The notes under the pieces are model-generated. The model saw only the letters and a list, made by a program, of their open reading frames with translations. It did not search any database and was not told the origin of the DNA. A stretch of 64,000 nt of DNA, from assembly GCF_054482595.1 (NCBI RefSeq), contig NZ_CM137008.1; one strand, written 5' to 3'. The first letter of the stretch is position 1; every line of letters starts with the position of its first letter. The position numbers were made by a program, and so were the translations under genes. Positions 34,238-44,937 of the stretch are shown piece after piece.

Positions 34238-35020
34238 ATGAGCCAACAGAGACCTGACCGTATCAAACAGATGCTGCACTACCTGTGGCAACATCGTCAC
34301 CTCTCCACACAGCAGGCCATGGAGCTTTTTGGCTATGCGGAGGCGACTGTCCGTCGTGATTTTCAGTATATTGCCAACCAGTACCCAGGCATGATCCGCG
34401 GTCACGGTTGTCTCGACTTCGACGACAGTACTGACGACAAAGAGTACGTTTTCGATGTGAAACGTACATTGCAATCTGTGGCGAAGAGAGAAATAGTCGC
34501 CCTTGCCCGAACGATGATCAAAGATGGCGACTGCTTTTTTCTCGACTCCGGCTCAACCTGCCTCGAACTGGCGAAATGCCTGGCCGATGCACGGGTGAAG
34601 GTCTCCTGCAACGACATTAAAATCGCCAATGAGCTGGGCTGTTTTCCCCATGTGGAAAGCTATATTATCGGTGGACTGATTCGCCCGGGGTATTTTTCGG
34701 TAGGAGAGAGTCTGGCGCTGGAGATGATCAATGCCTTTTCCGTAGAACGTGCGTTTATCTCCTGCGATGCGCTGTCGCTGGAGACGGGGATCACCAATGC
34801 CACCATGTTTGAGGTCCGGGTGAAAACACGGATTATTCAACGCTCGCGTGAAGTTATTCTCATGGCCGAACACTCAAAATTTGATGCCGTTGAGCCGCAT
34901 GCTGTAGCAACACTCTCATGTATTAAAACGATCATTAGTGACAGCGGGTTACCTGAGACTATTGCACAGCGTTATCAGCGAGCCGGATGTCAGTTGTTTT
35001 TACCTCATTCAATAAAGTGA
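34238..35020 (+). CDS. sgcR: DeoR family transcriptional regulator
   Basis: Recognised as SgcR starting at MSQQRPDRIKQMLHYLWQ... Confidence 0.85.
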   Translation: MSQQRPDRIKQMLHYLWQHRHLSTQQAMELFGYAEATVRRDFQYIANQYPGMIRGHGCLDFDDSTDDKEYVFDVKRTLQSVAKREIVALARTMIKDGDCFFLDSGSTCLELAKCLADARVKVSCNDIKIANELGCFPHVESYIIGGLIRPGYFSVGESLALEMINAFSVERAFISCDALSLETGITNATMFEVRVKTRIIQRSREVILMAEHSKFDAVEPHAVATLSCIKTIISDSGLPETIAQRYQRAGCQLFLPHSIK

Positions 35021-35392
35021 TAGGTAAGTTCGTTCGAGAGGGATTTCAAGCAAAAACAATCAATGGCACCCAATAGAAAATATTGGCGATGTGCTCGAAC
35101 GAATAAAGAAGCCCTATGCGCAATCCACACGCTACGATGTTGCAACAACACTCCATCTACTTTTTATTCTCATTCACTAAATGTGGCTGTTCTGGATTCA
35201 TTATTCAAAGTGTGTACAAGATCACATTTAATCACTTCATTACGGTTCAGCATGCTGAACAAAGCATATTTTCCACTATGTAATGCCGATACCATTTATT
35301 CCATGAGCAAGGAGGAGCCATTATGGTTCGCAAAGGGGGTGATGCTGCCAACTTACTGATTTAGTGTATGATGGTGTTTTTGAGGTGCTCCA

Positions 35393-35668
35393 GTGGCTTC
35401 TGTTTCTATCAGCTGTCCCTCCTGTTCAGCTACTGACGGGGTGGTGCGTAACGGCAAAAGCACCGCCGGACATCAGCGCTATCTCTGCTCTCACTGCCGT
35501 AAAACATGGCAACTGCAGTTCACTTACACCGCTTCTCAACCCGGTACGCACCAGAAAATCATTGATATGGCCATGAATGGCGTTGGATGCCGGGCAACAG
35601 CCCGCATTATGGGCGTTGGCCTCAACACGATTTTACGTCACTTAAAAAACTCAGGCCGCAGTCGGTAA
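35393..35668 (+). CDS. insA: IS1 InsA
   Basis: 91 aa [43 protein letters not shown]... Confidence 0.95.
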
Positions 35669-36090
35669 CCTCGCGCATACAACCGGGCAGTGACGTCATC
35701 GTCTGCGCGGAAATGGACGAACAGTGGGGCTATGTCGGGGCTAAATCGCGCCAGCGCTGGCTGTTTTACGCGTATGACAGGCTCCGGAAGACGGTTGTTG
35801 CGCACGTATTCGGTGAACGCACTATGGCGACGCTGGGGCGTCTTATGAGGCTGCTGTCACCCTTTGACGTGGTGATATGGATGACGGATGGCTGGCCGCT
35901 GTATGAATCCCGCCTGAAGGGAAAGCTGCACGTAATCAGCAAGCGATATACGCAGCGAATTGAGCGGCATAACCTGAATCTGAGGCAGCACCTGGCACGG
36001 CTGGGACGGAAGTCGCTGTCGTTCTCAAAATCGGTGGAGCTGCATGACAAAGTCATCGGGCATTATCTGAACATAAAACACTATCAATAA
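35587..36090 (+). CDS. insB: IS1 InsB frame (expressed as InsAB' by frameshifting)
   Basis: 167 aa track ORF containing the InsB sequence. Confidence 0.9.
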
Positions 36091-36319
36091 GTTGGAGTCA
36101 TTACCGAATCAACCTATGGTGCGGTATGTTTAAGTATGCCGGTATTCAATATGTATAACAGAGTTAACTATGCAATCTCACTTTCTGGCGATCCGGTAAT
36201 TTATTCAGGAAATAAGATAGACAGCTATCTGGAGTTGCTCCGGAAATGCACAGGGCAAATATCATATGGGCTGGGATACAGAAACGAAAATGAACATTTA
36301 CGAAAAGGAAACTGAGGTA

Positions 36320-37225
36320 ATGAAAAAATTCAGCGGCATTATTCCACCGGTATCCAGCACGTTTCATCGTGACGGAACCCTTGATAAAAAGGCAATGCGC
36401 GAAGTTGCCGACTTCCTGATTAATAAAGGGGTTGACGGGCTGTTTTATCTGGGTACCGGTGGTGAATTTAGCCAGATGAATACAGCCCAGCGCATGGCGC
36501 TCGCCGAAGAAGCTGTAACCATTGTCGACGGGCGAGTGCCGGTATTGATTGGCATCGGTTCCCCTTCCACTGACGAAGCGGTCAAACTGGCGCAGCATGC
36601 GCAAGCCTGCGGCGCTGATGGTATCGTCGCCATCAACCCCTACTACTGGAAAGTTGCGGCGCGGAATCTTGACGACTACTACCAGCAGATCGCCCGCAGC
36701 GTCACACTGCCGGTGATCCTGTACAACTTTCCGGATCTAACCGGTCAGGACTTAACCCCGGAGACCGTGAAACGTCTGGCACTGCAAAATGAAAATATCG
36801 TCGGCATCAAAGACACCATCGACAGCGTCGGCCATCTGCGCACGATGATCAACACCGTTAAGTCTGTACGTCCGTCATTTTCGGTATTCTGCGGCTTCGA
36901 CGACCATTTACTGAATACCCTGCTGCTGGGCGGCGATGGCGCGATATCCGCCAGCGCTAATTTTGCTCCGGAACTCTCTGTCGGTATCTACCGCGCCTGG
37001 CGCGAGGGCGATCTGGCAACTGCCGCCACCCTGAATAAAAAGCTCCTGCAACTGCCCGCGATTTACGGCCTTGAAACGCCGTTTGTCTCACTGATCAAAT
37101 ACAGCATGCAGTGCGTGGGGTTGCCGGTGGAGACATATTGCCTGCCGCCGATTCTTGACGTCTCAGAAGAAGCCAAAGAAAAAGTCCACGCACTGCTGGC
37201 CGCGCAGGGCATTTTATCGGACTGA
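36320..37225 (+). CDS. yjhH: DapA/NanA-family aldolase (2-dehydro-3-deoxy-D-pentonate aldolase type)
   Basis: Recognised as YjhH from MKKFSGIIPPVSSTFHRDGTLDKKAMREVADFL; the track ORF has an 18-codon upstream extension. Confidence 0.85.
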   Translation: MKKFSGIIPPVSSTFHRDGTLDKKAMREVADFLINKGVDGLFYLGTGGEFSQMNTAQRMALAEEAVTIVDGRVPVLIGIGSPSTDEAVKLAQHAQACGADGIVAINPYYWKVAARNLDDYYQQIARSVTLPVILYNFPDLTGQDLTPETVKRLALQNENIVGIKDTIDSVGHLRTMINTVKSVRPSFSVFCGFDDHLLNTLLLGGDGAISASANFAPELSVGIYRAWREGDLATAATLNKKLLQLPAIYGLETPFVSLIKYSMQCVGLPVETYCLPPILDVSEEAKEKVHALLAAQGILSD

Positions 37226-37235
37226 GGAGAAGATC

Positions 37236-39203
37236 ATGTCTGTTCGCCATATTTTTGCTGACGAAAGTCGCGATATCTACACCGTCAGAACCCACGCCGA
37301 TGGCCCTGACGGAGAACTGCCGCTTACGGCGGAAATGCTCATCAACCGCCCGAGCGGGGATCTGTTCGGGATGACCATGAATGCCGGAATGGGCTGGTCC
37401 CCAGACGAACTGGATCGGGACGGTATTCTACTGCTCAGCACGCTGGGAGGGTTACGCGGGGCAGACGGTAAGCCCATCGCGCTGGCGCTGCACCAGGGTC
37501 ACTACGAGCTGGATATCCAGATGAAAGCGGCCGCGGAGGTCATCAAAGCGAACCGTGTCCTGCCCTATGCCGTGTATGTTTCCGATCCGTGCGACGGACG
37601 AACTCAGGGTACGACGGGTATGTTTGACTCGCTACCGTACCGTAATGACGCCGCCATGGTGATGCGTCGTCTAATCCGCTCTCTGCCCGATGCGAAAGCC
37701 GTCATTGGCGTGGCGAGCTGCGACAAGGGACTTCCGGCCACCATGATGGCACTTGCCGCGCAGCATGACAAAGCGACGGTGCTGGTGCCCGGTGGCGCGA
37801 CGCTACCCGCAAGGGATGGGGAGGATAACGGCAAGGTGCAGACCATCGGCGCCCGCTTCGCCAATGGCGAGTTATCGCTACAGGATGCCCGCCGTGCGGG
37901 TTGTAAAGCCTGCGCCTCCTCCGGCGGCGGCTGTCAATTTCTGGGCACCGCCGGGACATCGCAGGTCGTAGCCGAAGGATTAGGACTGGCCATCCCGCAC
38001 TCAGCACTGGCCCCTTCCGGCGAACCGGTGTGGCAGGAGATAGCCAGAGCCTCCGCGAAGGCGGCGTTGAACTTATGTAAACAAGGCATCACCACCCGGG
38101 AAATACTCACCGATAAAGCGATTGAGAATGCGATGACGGTCCATGCGGCGTTCGGTGGTTCAACAAATCTGTTGCTGCATATTCCGGCGATTGCCCATCA
38201 GGCCGGCTGCCATATTCCAACCGTTGACGACTGGATCCGCATCAACAAGCGGGTGCCCCGACTGGTAAGCGTACTCCCCAATGGTCCGGTTTATCACCCG
38301 ACAGTGAATGCCTTCATGGCGGGAGGTGTGCCGGAGGTGATGCTGCATCTTCGTAGTCTGGGATTGCTGCATGAAGACGTGATGACGGTCACCGGCAGCA
38401 CGCTGAAAGAAAACCTGGACTGGTGGGAGCATTCCGAACGGCGTCAGCGGTTCAAACAGCTTCTGCGCGAACAGGAGCAGATCGATGCCGACGAGGTGAT
38501 CATGTCGCCACAGCGGGCACGGGAGCGCGGCCTGACCTCAACGATCACTTTCCCGGTGGGCAATATTGCCCCGGAAGGGTCGGTTATCAAATCCACCGCC
38601 ATCGATCCCTCGGTGATTGATGATCGGGGCATCTATTACCATAAAGGCGTGGCGAAGGTTTATCTGTCCGAGAAAAGCGCGATTTACGATATCAAGCACG
38701 AGAAGATTAAAGCGGGCGATATTCTGGTCATCATCGGCGTTGGCCCTTCCGGCACCGGGATGGAGGAAACCTACCAGGTCACCAGCGCCCTGAAACATCT
38801 GTCCTATGGCAAGCATGTTTCACTGATCACCGATGCGCGTTTCTCGGGTGTTTCCACGGGAGCCTGTATCGGCCACACAGGGCCAGAAGCACTGGCCGGA
38901 GGGCCAATCGGTAAATTACGCACCGGAGATATTATTGAAATTAAAATTGATTGTCGCGAGCTTCAGGGCGAAGTCAATTTCCTCGGAACCCGTAACGATG
39001 AAACATTACCCTCACGGGAGGAGGCCACCGCAATATTAAACGCCCGACCCAGTCATCAGGATTTACTTCCTGATCCTGAGCTGCCCGATGACACCCGACT
39101 CTGGGCGATGCTCCAGGCGGTAAGCGGCGGGACATGGACGGGTTGTATTTATGATGTAAATAAAATCGGCGCGGCCTTGCGCGATTATATGAATAAGAAC
39201 TGA
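37236..39203 (+). CDS. yjhG: IlvD/EDD-family dehydratase (D-xylonate dehydratase type)
   Basis: 655 aa from MSVRHIFADESRDIYTVRTH...; recognised as YjhG. Confidence 0.9.
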   Translation: MSVRHIFADESRDIYTVRTHADGPDGELPLTAEMLINRPSGDLFGMTMNAGMGWSPDELDRDGILLLSTLGGLRGADGKPIALALHQGHYELDIQMKAAAEVIKANRVLPYAVYVSDPCDGRTQGTTGMFDSLPYRNDAAMVMRRLIRSLPDAKAVIGVASCDKGLPATMMALAAQHDKATVLVPGGATLPARDGEDNGKVQTIGARFANGELSLQDARRAGCKACASSGGGCQFLGTAGTSQVVAEGLGLAIPHSALAPSGEPVWQEIARASAKAALNLCKQGITTREILTDKAIENAMTVHAAFGGSTNLLLHIPAIAHQAGCHIPTVDDWIRINKRVPRLVSVLPNGPVYHPTVNAFMAGGVPEVMLHLRSLGLLHEDVMTVTGSTLKENLDWWEHSERRQRFKQLLREQEQIDADEVIMSPQRARERGLTSTITFPVGNIAPEGSVIKSTAIDPSVIDDRGIYYHKGVAKVYLSEKSAIYDIKHEKIKAGDILVIIGVGPSGTGMEETYQVTSALKHLSYGKHVSLITDARFSGVSTGACIGHTGPEALAGGPIGKLRTGDIIEIKIDCRELQGEVNFLGTRNDETLPSREEATAILNARPSHQDLLPDPELPDDTRLWAMLQAVSGGTWTGCIYDVNKIGAALRDYMNKN

Positions 39204-39309
39204 AAGCAAAAATAAAAACATCCAGACACCTGAATTATCCGGTTACGCATTATTCATCCTGTGCGCAGCCGGATAATGACGGGTCGTTACCCTATGATGA
39301 GAGGACGTT

Positions 39310-40659
39310 ATGCCACTAATTATCGTTGTGGCAGGGATTGCTTTACTCCTGCTTTTAACCATAAAAATTAAGCTTAATACGTTTGTTTCGTTAATTATTG
39401 TCTCGATTGCTGTCGCCATCGCCAGTGGTATGGATTTGAGTAAAGTCGTCACCTCAGTCGAATCCGGACTTGGCGGTACGCTGGGCCATATTGGTTTGAT
39501 ATTTGGGTTCGGTGTTATGCTCGGTCGCTTGCTGGCCGATGCGGGGGGGGCGCAGCGAATAGCGCTGACCATGCTGAATTATTTCGGGAAAAATAAACTT
39601 GACTGGGCAGTGGTCTGTTCGGCGTTTATTGTCGGTATCGCACTTTTTTTCGAAGTCGGTTTAATTCTTCTGGTACCTATTTTATTCGCTATTGCCCGTG
39701 AAGCAAAAATATCACCGATGTTTATGTGTGTGCCGATGCTTTCCGGTTTGCTGGTCGCACACGGTTTTTTGCCGCCGCACCCCGGCCCGACAGTAATCGC
39801 CAGAGAATATGGTGCTGATGTAGGATTGGTACTGATATACGGTATCATTGTCGGCATTCCAACCTTTATTCTTTGCGGCCCGGTATTGAATAAATTCTGC
39901 CAGCGCATTATTCCGGAAGCCTTTAAAAAAGAGGGGAATATAGCCTCTCTCGGCGCGACCCGCCGGTTCAGCGAAAGCGAAATGCCTGGCTTTGGGATCA
40001 GTTTTCTCACGGCAATGCTGCCGGTGATCCTGATGGCGGTTGTCACCATCATCCAGATGACTCATGCCAAAAGTGCCGCGGATTCAGGCTTATTCTACAA
40101 CGTGCTACTGTTCTTAGGTAATTCGACGATCGCCATGCTGATTTCACTGCTGTTCGCGATCTATACCATGGGCCTGGGGCGCGGGAAAACAATCCCTGAC
40201 CTGATGGATTCTTGCGGAAAAGCTATCGCGGGTATTGCCGGTCTGCTGCTGATTATCGGTGGTGGTGGTGCATTCAAGCAAGTTCTCATCGACTCTGGCG
40301 TTGGTCAGTATATTTCCACCCTGGTTTCGGGTATGGATATTAACCCGATCCTGATGGCCTGGGGCGTGGCCGCATTCCTGCGTATTTGTCTGGGTTCAGC
40401 CACCGTCGCGGCGATCTCTACCGCCGGTCTGGTCATCCCATTGTTGGCAGTACATCCCAATACCAACCTGGCCTTGATTACGCTGGCTACCGGTGCCGGA
40501 TCCTGTATTTGTTCTCACGTTAACGATGCCAGTTTCTGGATGATTAAAGACTTTTTTGGCCTGACCACCAAAGAAACGCTGTTATCCTGGACGCTGATGT
40601 CCACACTCTTATCCATCAGTGGGCTGATTTTTATTCTGCTCGCCAGCTTAGTTTTATAA
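39310..40659 (+). CDS. yjhF: GntP-family permease
   Basis: 449 aa polytopic membrane protein, recognised as YjhF. Confidence 0.85.
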   Translation: MPLIIVVAGIALLLLLTIKIKLNTFVSLIIVSIAVAIASGMDLSKVVTSVESGLGGTLGHIGLIFGFGVMLGRLLADAGGAQRIALTMLNYFGKNKLDWAVVCSAFIVGIALFFEVGLILLVPILFAIAREAKISPMFMCVPMLSGLLVAHGFLPPHPGPTVIAREYGADVGLVLIYGIIVGIPTFILCGPVLNKFCQRIIPEAFKKEGNIASLGATRRFSESEMPGFGISFLTAMLPVILMAVVTIIQMTHAKSAADSGLFYNVLLFLGNSTIAMLISLLFAIYTMGLGRGKTIPDLMDSCGKAIAGIAGLLLIIGGGGAFKQVLIDSGVGQYISTLVSGMDINPILMAWGVAAFLRICLGSATVAAISTAGLVIPLLAVHPNTNLALITLATGAGSCICSHVNDASFWMIKDFFGLTTKETLLSWTLMSTLLSISGLIFILLASLVL

Positions 40660-40809
40660 TCGGGTTCTTGCCAGTGAGCCAACCTGTTGTTCACTGTCCC
40701 CCATAATTTAGTGAGTGACGGCAACCGTCTGCACGGTGACGAATCGCTGGCGATCAAAAAGGGGCGATATTGAACCGTCGATTATGCTTGTTGAGTGTAC
40801 TCTCAGTAA

Positions 40810-40844
40810 TACTGTAAAGCCGGAGCATGTCTCCGGCTTTACAG
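40810..40844. repeat. perfect 15 bp-stem inverted repeat (actgtaaagccggag / ctccggctttacagt, 5 nt loop)
   Basis: Seen directly in the yjhF-yjhU intergenic region; no T-run follows on either strand. Coordinates approximate. Confidence 0.4.
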
Positions 40845-41005
40845 TATGGGGGAACAGCGGGAGATCGCTCAAATGGTATGCTGGTTTATTTCATGTAAAA
40901 GAATAAAATATCTGTATAAAATCATGCCACTGGCAATCTGCATCAACTCTCCGGGTAAACAGGGTTAAGATGAGCATTTCCCCGGTTTAATACAGGTATA
41001 CAAAA

Positions 41006-41992
41006 GTGGATAGAGATCAAACAAACAGCAGCCTGTTCAATGATGATCCCGTACTTCATGCAACATGGCTGTACTATCAGGAAGGCAAAAGCCAGACTGA
41101 AGTTGCAGCTATCATGGGGGTGTCCCGCGTCACGGTTGTCAAATACCTGCAAACAGCCCGGGAAAATGGACTGGTTCATATCAACCTGGATGTGAATGTC
41201 TTTGGCTCTATCGACGCTGCTTTGCAAATTCGCGATAAATTCAATCTCCTGAGAGTGATCATCGTGCCGGATGGCGAACATGCCGGAAAACGTGATGATA
41301 CAAAGCTGATGCGGACTCGCCTTTCACGTGCCGGTGGCATGTATCTGAATCAGGTGATTGAGAATGGTGATGTGCTGGGGGTTGCCTGGGGAAGAACAAT
41401 CCATCAGATGAGCAAAACCATGACGCCGAAGTCATGTAAAAATGTCACCGTTATACAGATGCTCGGTTCCATGCCATCTCAGCCAGACCTGACGATCATT
41501 GAATCCTCATCGCAAATCGCCTACAAGCTTTCAGGCCGTGTCGCTTCGCTGCACGTGCCCGCCGTGGTATCAAGCGCCAGACTGGCCATGGAGTTACAGG
41601 CAGAGCCTATTATTCGATCGAATTTTGACGTTCTGACTCGCTGTACGAAAGCCTTTTTTGTCGTGGGTAACACGCTTGATGAAAATCCCCTGATTCGGGT
41701 GGGCGTGCTGAATAAGAAGGAAATGCAGACGTATCGAGATTTAGGCGCAGTAGGTGTCATTTGTGGCCGCTTCTATGACAAGGAAGGGATGCCCGTCGTG
41801 GCTGATGTTGACCAGCGTATTCTGGGAATCAGTCTGGCTCAGTTAAGGCAGATTGAACGGAAGATCTTTCTTGCTGGTGGCGAAAGAGGCTATGACGCAA
41901 CGTTGGGTGCCTTGCTGGGAGGATATGTCACTGACCTGATTGTTGATGAAGGAACGGCAGAGTTTTTGCTGGCGTGTGAATTACCACACTAA
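41006..41992 (+). CDS. yjhU: SorC/DeoR-type sugar-binding transcriptional regulator
   Basis: 328 aa, N-terminal HTH (SQTEVAAIMGVSRVTVVKYL) and SorC-like sugar-binding domain; recognised as YjhU. Confidence 0.8.
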   Translation: MDRDQTNSSLFNDDPVLHATWLYYQEGKSQTEVAAIMGVSRVTVVKYLQTARENGLVHINLDVNVFGSIDAALQIRDKFNLLRVIIVPDGEHAGKRDDTKLMRTRLSRAGGMYLNQVIENGDVLGVAWGRTIHQMSKTMTPKSCKNVTVIQMLGSMPSQPDLTIIESSSQIAYKLSGRVASLHVPAVVSSARLAMELQAEPIIRSNFDVLTRCTKAFFVVGNTLDENPLIRVGVLNKKEMQTYRDLGAVGVICGRFYDKEGMPVVADVDQRILGISLAQLRQIERKIFLAGGERGYDATLGALLGGYVTDLIVDEGTAEFLLACELPH

Positions 41993-42032
41993 AAGAATGA
42001 ACAACTGCCCCATGTGGATATGGGGCAGGATT

Positions 42033-43037
42033 TTATTGATTAGCGGCGATAATAAGAACAATACCCACAATGTATGAAATAAACATAGTCAGCAGCAGTT
42101 TATTGGTTCCGGCTGGCGCACTGGCAAATTCTCTCCAGATGAAGACTCCCCAGATCACGGCAATCATTGTGGCACCCTGTCCCAGACCGTAGGAAATGGC
42201 ATAACCCGCCTGACCAGACGCAATCAAACTGAATGCCAGACCGACACACCAAATCATACCGCCCAGCCAGCCGCAAACATGATCCCGTAAACTCCCGGAA
42301 AAATACATTTTCCTGTAGACCGGTTCTCCTGAAATAGGCTTTTTCATGACCAGCGTGTTAAGGACAAAGTTCGACAAAAACAGCCCCACTGCAAACAGAA
42401 CAAGTGCTGAGTACGGCGTCATCAGACCGCTGGCAGGCTGGCTGAAATTGTCAGACATGGAGTCCGCCAGGAAGCGGAAAAACCATCCCATGATGATACC
42501 CGCAAGAATGGCAGTGATGAGGCCTTTGTTACGGCGAGATTTATCCGCCTCCTGCGTGACACGGCCATAGGCTATCGCGGTAAAAATAATGGCGATCACA
42601 ACGCAGGCGACACCGAGGAACAGAATGAGCGGATCGCCCTGCGGATTGCCGATATAGGTGGTGATCACACCCAGAGCCAGTGCCAGCCCCACCCCCACAG
42701 GAAAAGCTACCGCCATACCGGCAAGATTAATAGAAGCCACCAGAAGAATATTGGAAATATTGAAGATAATCCCTGCCAGTATTGCCGACATCAGACTACT
42801 GCTGCTCGCCTGCTGAATATCAGGTATAAAGCTGCGACCGGCTTCGCCCATAGAACCCAGAGTGAAGGCAAATAACAAAGAACACAGCAATAATCCAATT
42901 GAATAATCCCAATAGAATAGAGGGAACTCCCATTTTTTATTACTGACAAGTTTAGTTGTATTCGCCCATGAACCCCAGCAAATCATGGTAATAAAACACA
43001 TTATTATGGCGACAGCATACGATTCCACGATAAACAT
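42033..43037 (-). CDS. DMT-superfamily sugar transporter (glucose/ribose porter-like)
   Basis: 334 aa, about 10 TM segments, resembles GlcU/RbsU-type sugar uptake proteins; family call tentative. Confidence 0.55.
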   Translation of the reverse strand: MFIVESYAVAIIMCFITMICWGSWANTTKLVSNKKWEFPLFYWDYSIGLLLCSLLFAFTLGSMGEAGRSFIPDIQQASSSSLMSAILAGIIFNISNILLVASINLAGMAVAFPVGVGLALALGVITTYIGNPQGDPLILFLGVACVVIAIIFTAIAYGRVTQEADKSRRNKGLITAILAGIIMGWFFRFLADSMSDNFSQPASGLMTPYSALVLFAVGLFLSNFVLNTLVMKKPISGEPVYRKMYFSGSLRDHVCGWLGGMIWCVGLAFSLIASGQAGYAISYGLGQGATMIAVIWGVFIWREFASAPAGTNKLLLTMFISYIVGIVLIIAANQ

Positions 43038-43140
43038 AAATAACTCCTTGTGGTAGTTACAATCAATCGTTGTGGACAGAGGGCATAACAGCCATTCCTC
43101 GAATGGCTGTTATATGTTATTAATTAAAATAAAGCTGTAA

Positions 43141-43782
43141 TTACGCTTTCAAACCATACGTTTTGAATTTTTCAAGAACGATGGTCATTTCGGCTTCAGA
43201 CAGAACGGGAACATCGTGATGTAATCCGCCACATTTGATGTATAAATCAGCCAGCGTCTCAGTTTCACCCGCCAGCCACAACGTCTTTTCCAGCGTGACG
43301 TCCATGGCCAGCATACCGTGGTGCTGCATCAGTAAGGACTTACTTTCTCTGATTCCTTGAGATACACTGTCGGCCAGTTCAGGGCTGCCAAAGGTATAAT
43401 AGGGAATACAGGGAATATGATCCGTCCCCGATACCGCCACCATATAATGAATAGCCGGAATTGAATGATTATGTATTGCCACCGCCGTGGAATTCACCGC
43501 ATGCGTATGTATGACAGCATTCAATTCTGGTCTGGCTTTATAACACGCCAGATGAAATAGCCATTCACTTGATGGTATTTTACCCGCTTCAGGTATTCCC
43601 TTATCGTCTACAAAGACAATCATGTCCGGCGTCATCTTTGAATAAGCGATCCCACTCGGTGTAATCAACATGCCACCGGTATATCTGGCACTCACATTAC
43701 CTGATGTTCCTTGATTCAGACCTGACGCATTCATTTCCCGACAAATGGAAATGATATTTTCTGCTAACTTAATCCTTTCCAT
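43141..43782 (-). CDS. class II aldolase/adducin family protein (MtnB / L-fuculose-phosphate aldolase-like)
   Basis: 213 aa with conserved His-rich metal site (HTHAVNSTAVA, LMQHHGMLAMD). Confidence 0.8.
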   Translation of the reverse strand: MERIKLAENIISICREMNASGLNQGTSGNVSARYTGGMLITPSGIAYSKMTPDMIVFVDDKGIPEAGKIPSSEWLFHLACYKARPELNAVIHTHAVNSTAVAIHNHSIPAIHYMVAVSGTDHIPCIPYYTFGSPELADSVSQGIRESKSLLMQHHGMLAMDVTLEKTLWLAGETETLADLYIKCGGLHHDVPVLSEAEMTIVLEKFKTYGLKA

Positions 43783-43812
43783 TACTGCTCCTTAACAGAA
43801 GTGATCGTCGTT

Positions 43813-44928
43813 TTAATGCAGCTCGTCCTGGAGTGCTTTACTCTTCAGGTCAGCAAACATATCCGCCAGAGCTGACTTACTGGCAGCACAGACTCCCCGT
43901 TCAGTAATGAGGCCGGTAATGTATCGGGCAGGCGTGACGTCGAAAGCGTAGTTCCCACAACGGGTTCCTTCAGGGGCGGTATTGACCCAGCTCAATTCTC
44001 CCTGAGTATTTATCCCATAGACATGGGACTGCTCTTTTCCGTCACGTTGCTCAATCGGAATGGTTTTTCCGTCCTCGATAGTCCAGTCAATAGTGGGAGA
44101 AGGTAACGCGACGTAGAAGGGAACATGGTTATCATGGGCCGCCAGCGCCTTAAGATAGGTACCAATTTTATTACAGACATCCCCTCTGGCCGTGGTTCGA
44201 TCGGTCCCCACTATACAGAGATCAACGTCACCGTGTTGCATCAGGTGGCCACCCGCATTGTCGGCAATCAGGGTGTGAGGAATACCGTGTGAACCCAGTT
44301 CAAATGCCGTGAGTCCACCCTGATTACGTGGCCGCGTTTCATCCACCCAGACGTGAACAGGGATTCCGTTTTCATGCGCTTTATAGATGGGAGAAAGCGC
44401 GGTTCCCCAGTCTACAGTCGCCAGCCAGCCTGCGTTACAATGTGTCAGGATATTGACCACACTCCCGGCCGATTTTTTCTGGGCTATTTCGCGGATGACT
44501 TCTGCACCATGTAATCCAATTTGTTCACACAACGCGACATCTTCCTCGGCAATTTCTGCCGCCAGCGCCCAGGCCACATCCTTGCGCTCTGATACACAGA
44601 GATCCTTCAGTGTGGCTATCATCCTGTCGAGAGCCCATTTGAGGTTAATTGCAGTTGGTCGGGTTTTGATAAGAAGGTCATAGTAACGCTGCAGACCTAC
44701 GTCACTGGCATTGTGGTTCATTCCCAGTGCGATACCATATGCCGCAACGACACCAATAAGCGGGGCGCCACGAACCCACATCTCCTGAATAGCCGCAGCG
44801 GCCATTTCCGCAGAGGTAAGCGCCACCACTTCAAACTTAAAAGGCAGCTTAGTCTGATCGATGATCTCTACCGCTTTTCCATCCCCGGAAACCCAGACCG
44901 TTCGGTAGTGTTTACCTTTAATATTCAT
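43813..44928 (-). CDS. S-methyl-5-thioribose-1-phosphate isomerase family (MtnA/eIF-2B-like)
   Basis: 371 aa; MtnA-like sequence pattern throughout. Confidence 0.85.
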   Translation of the reverse strand: MNIKGKHYRTVWVSGDGKAVEIIDQTKLPFKFEVVALTSAEMAAAAIQEMWVRGAPLIGVVAAYGIALGMNHNASDVGLQRYYDLLIKTRPTAINLKWALDRMIATLKDLCVSERKDVAWALAAEIAEEDVALCEQIGLHGAEVIREIAQKKSAGSVVNILTHCNAGWLATVDWGTALSPIYKAHENGIPVHVWVDETRPRNQGGLTAFELGSHGIPHTLIADNAGGHLMQHGDVDLCIVGTDRTTARGDVCNKIGTYLKALAAHDNHVPFYVALPSPTIDWTIEDGKTIPIEQRDGKEQSHVYGINTQGELSWVNTAPEGTRCGNYAFDVTPARYITGLITERGVCAASKSALADMFADLKSKALQDELH

Positions 44929-44937
44929 AATGACCTC

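Larger units (their letters stand above)
35338..36105 (+). mobile_element. IS1 (768 bp) with insA (35393..35668) and insB (35587..36090)
   Basis: Begins GGTGATGCTGCCAACTTACTGAT and ends ...GTTGGAGTCATTACC; insA begins at IS1 position 56; no matching 8-9 bp target duplication in the flanks. Confidence 0.95.
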
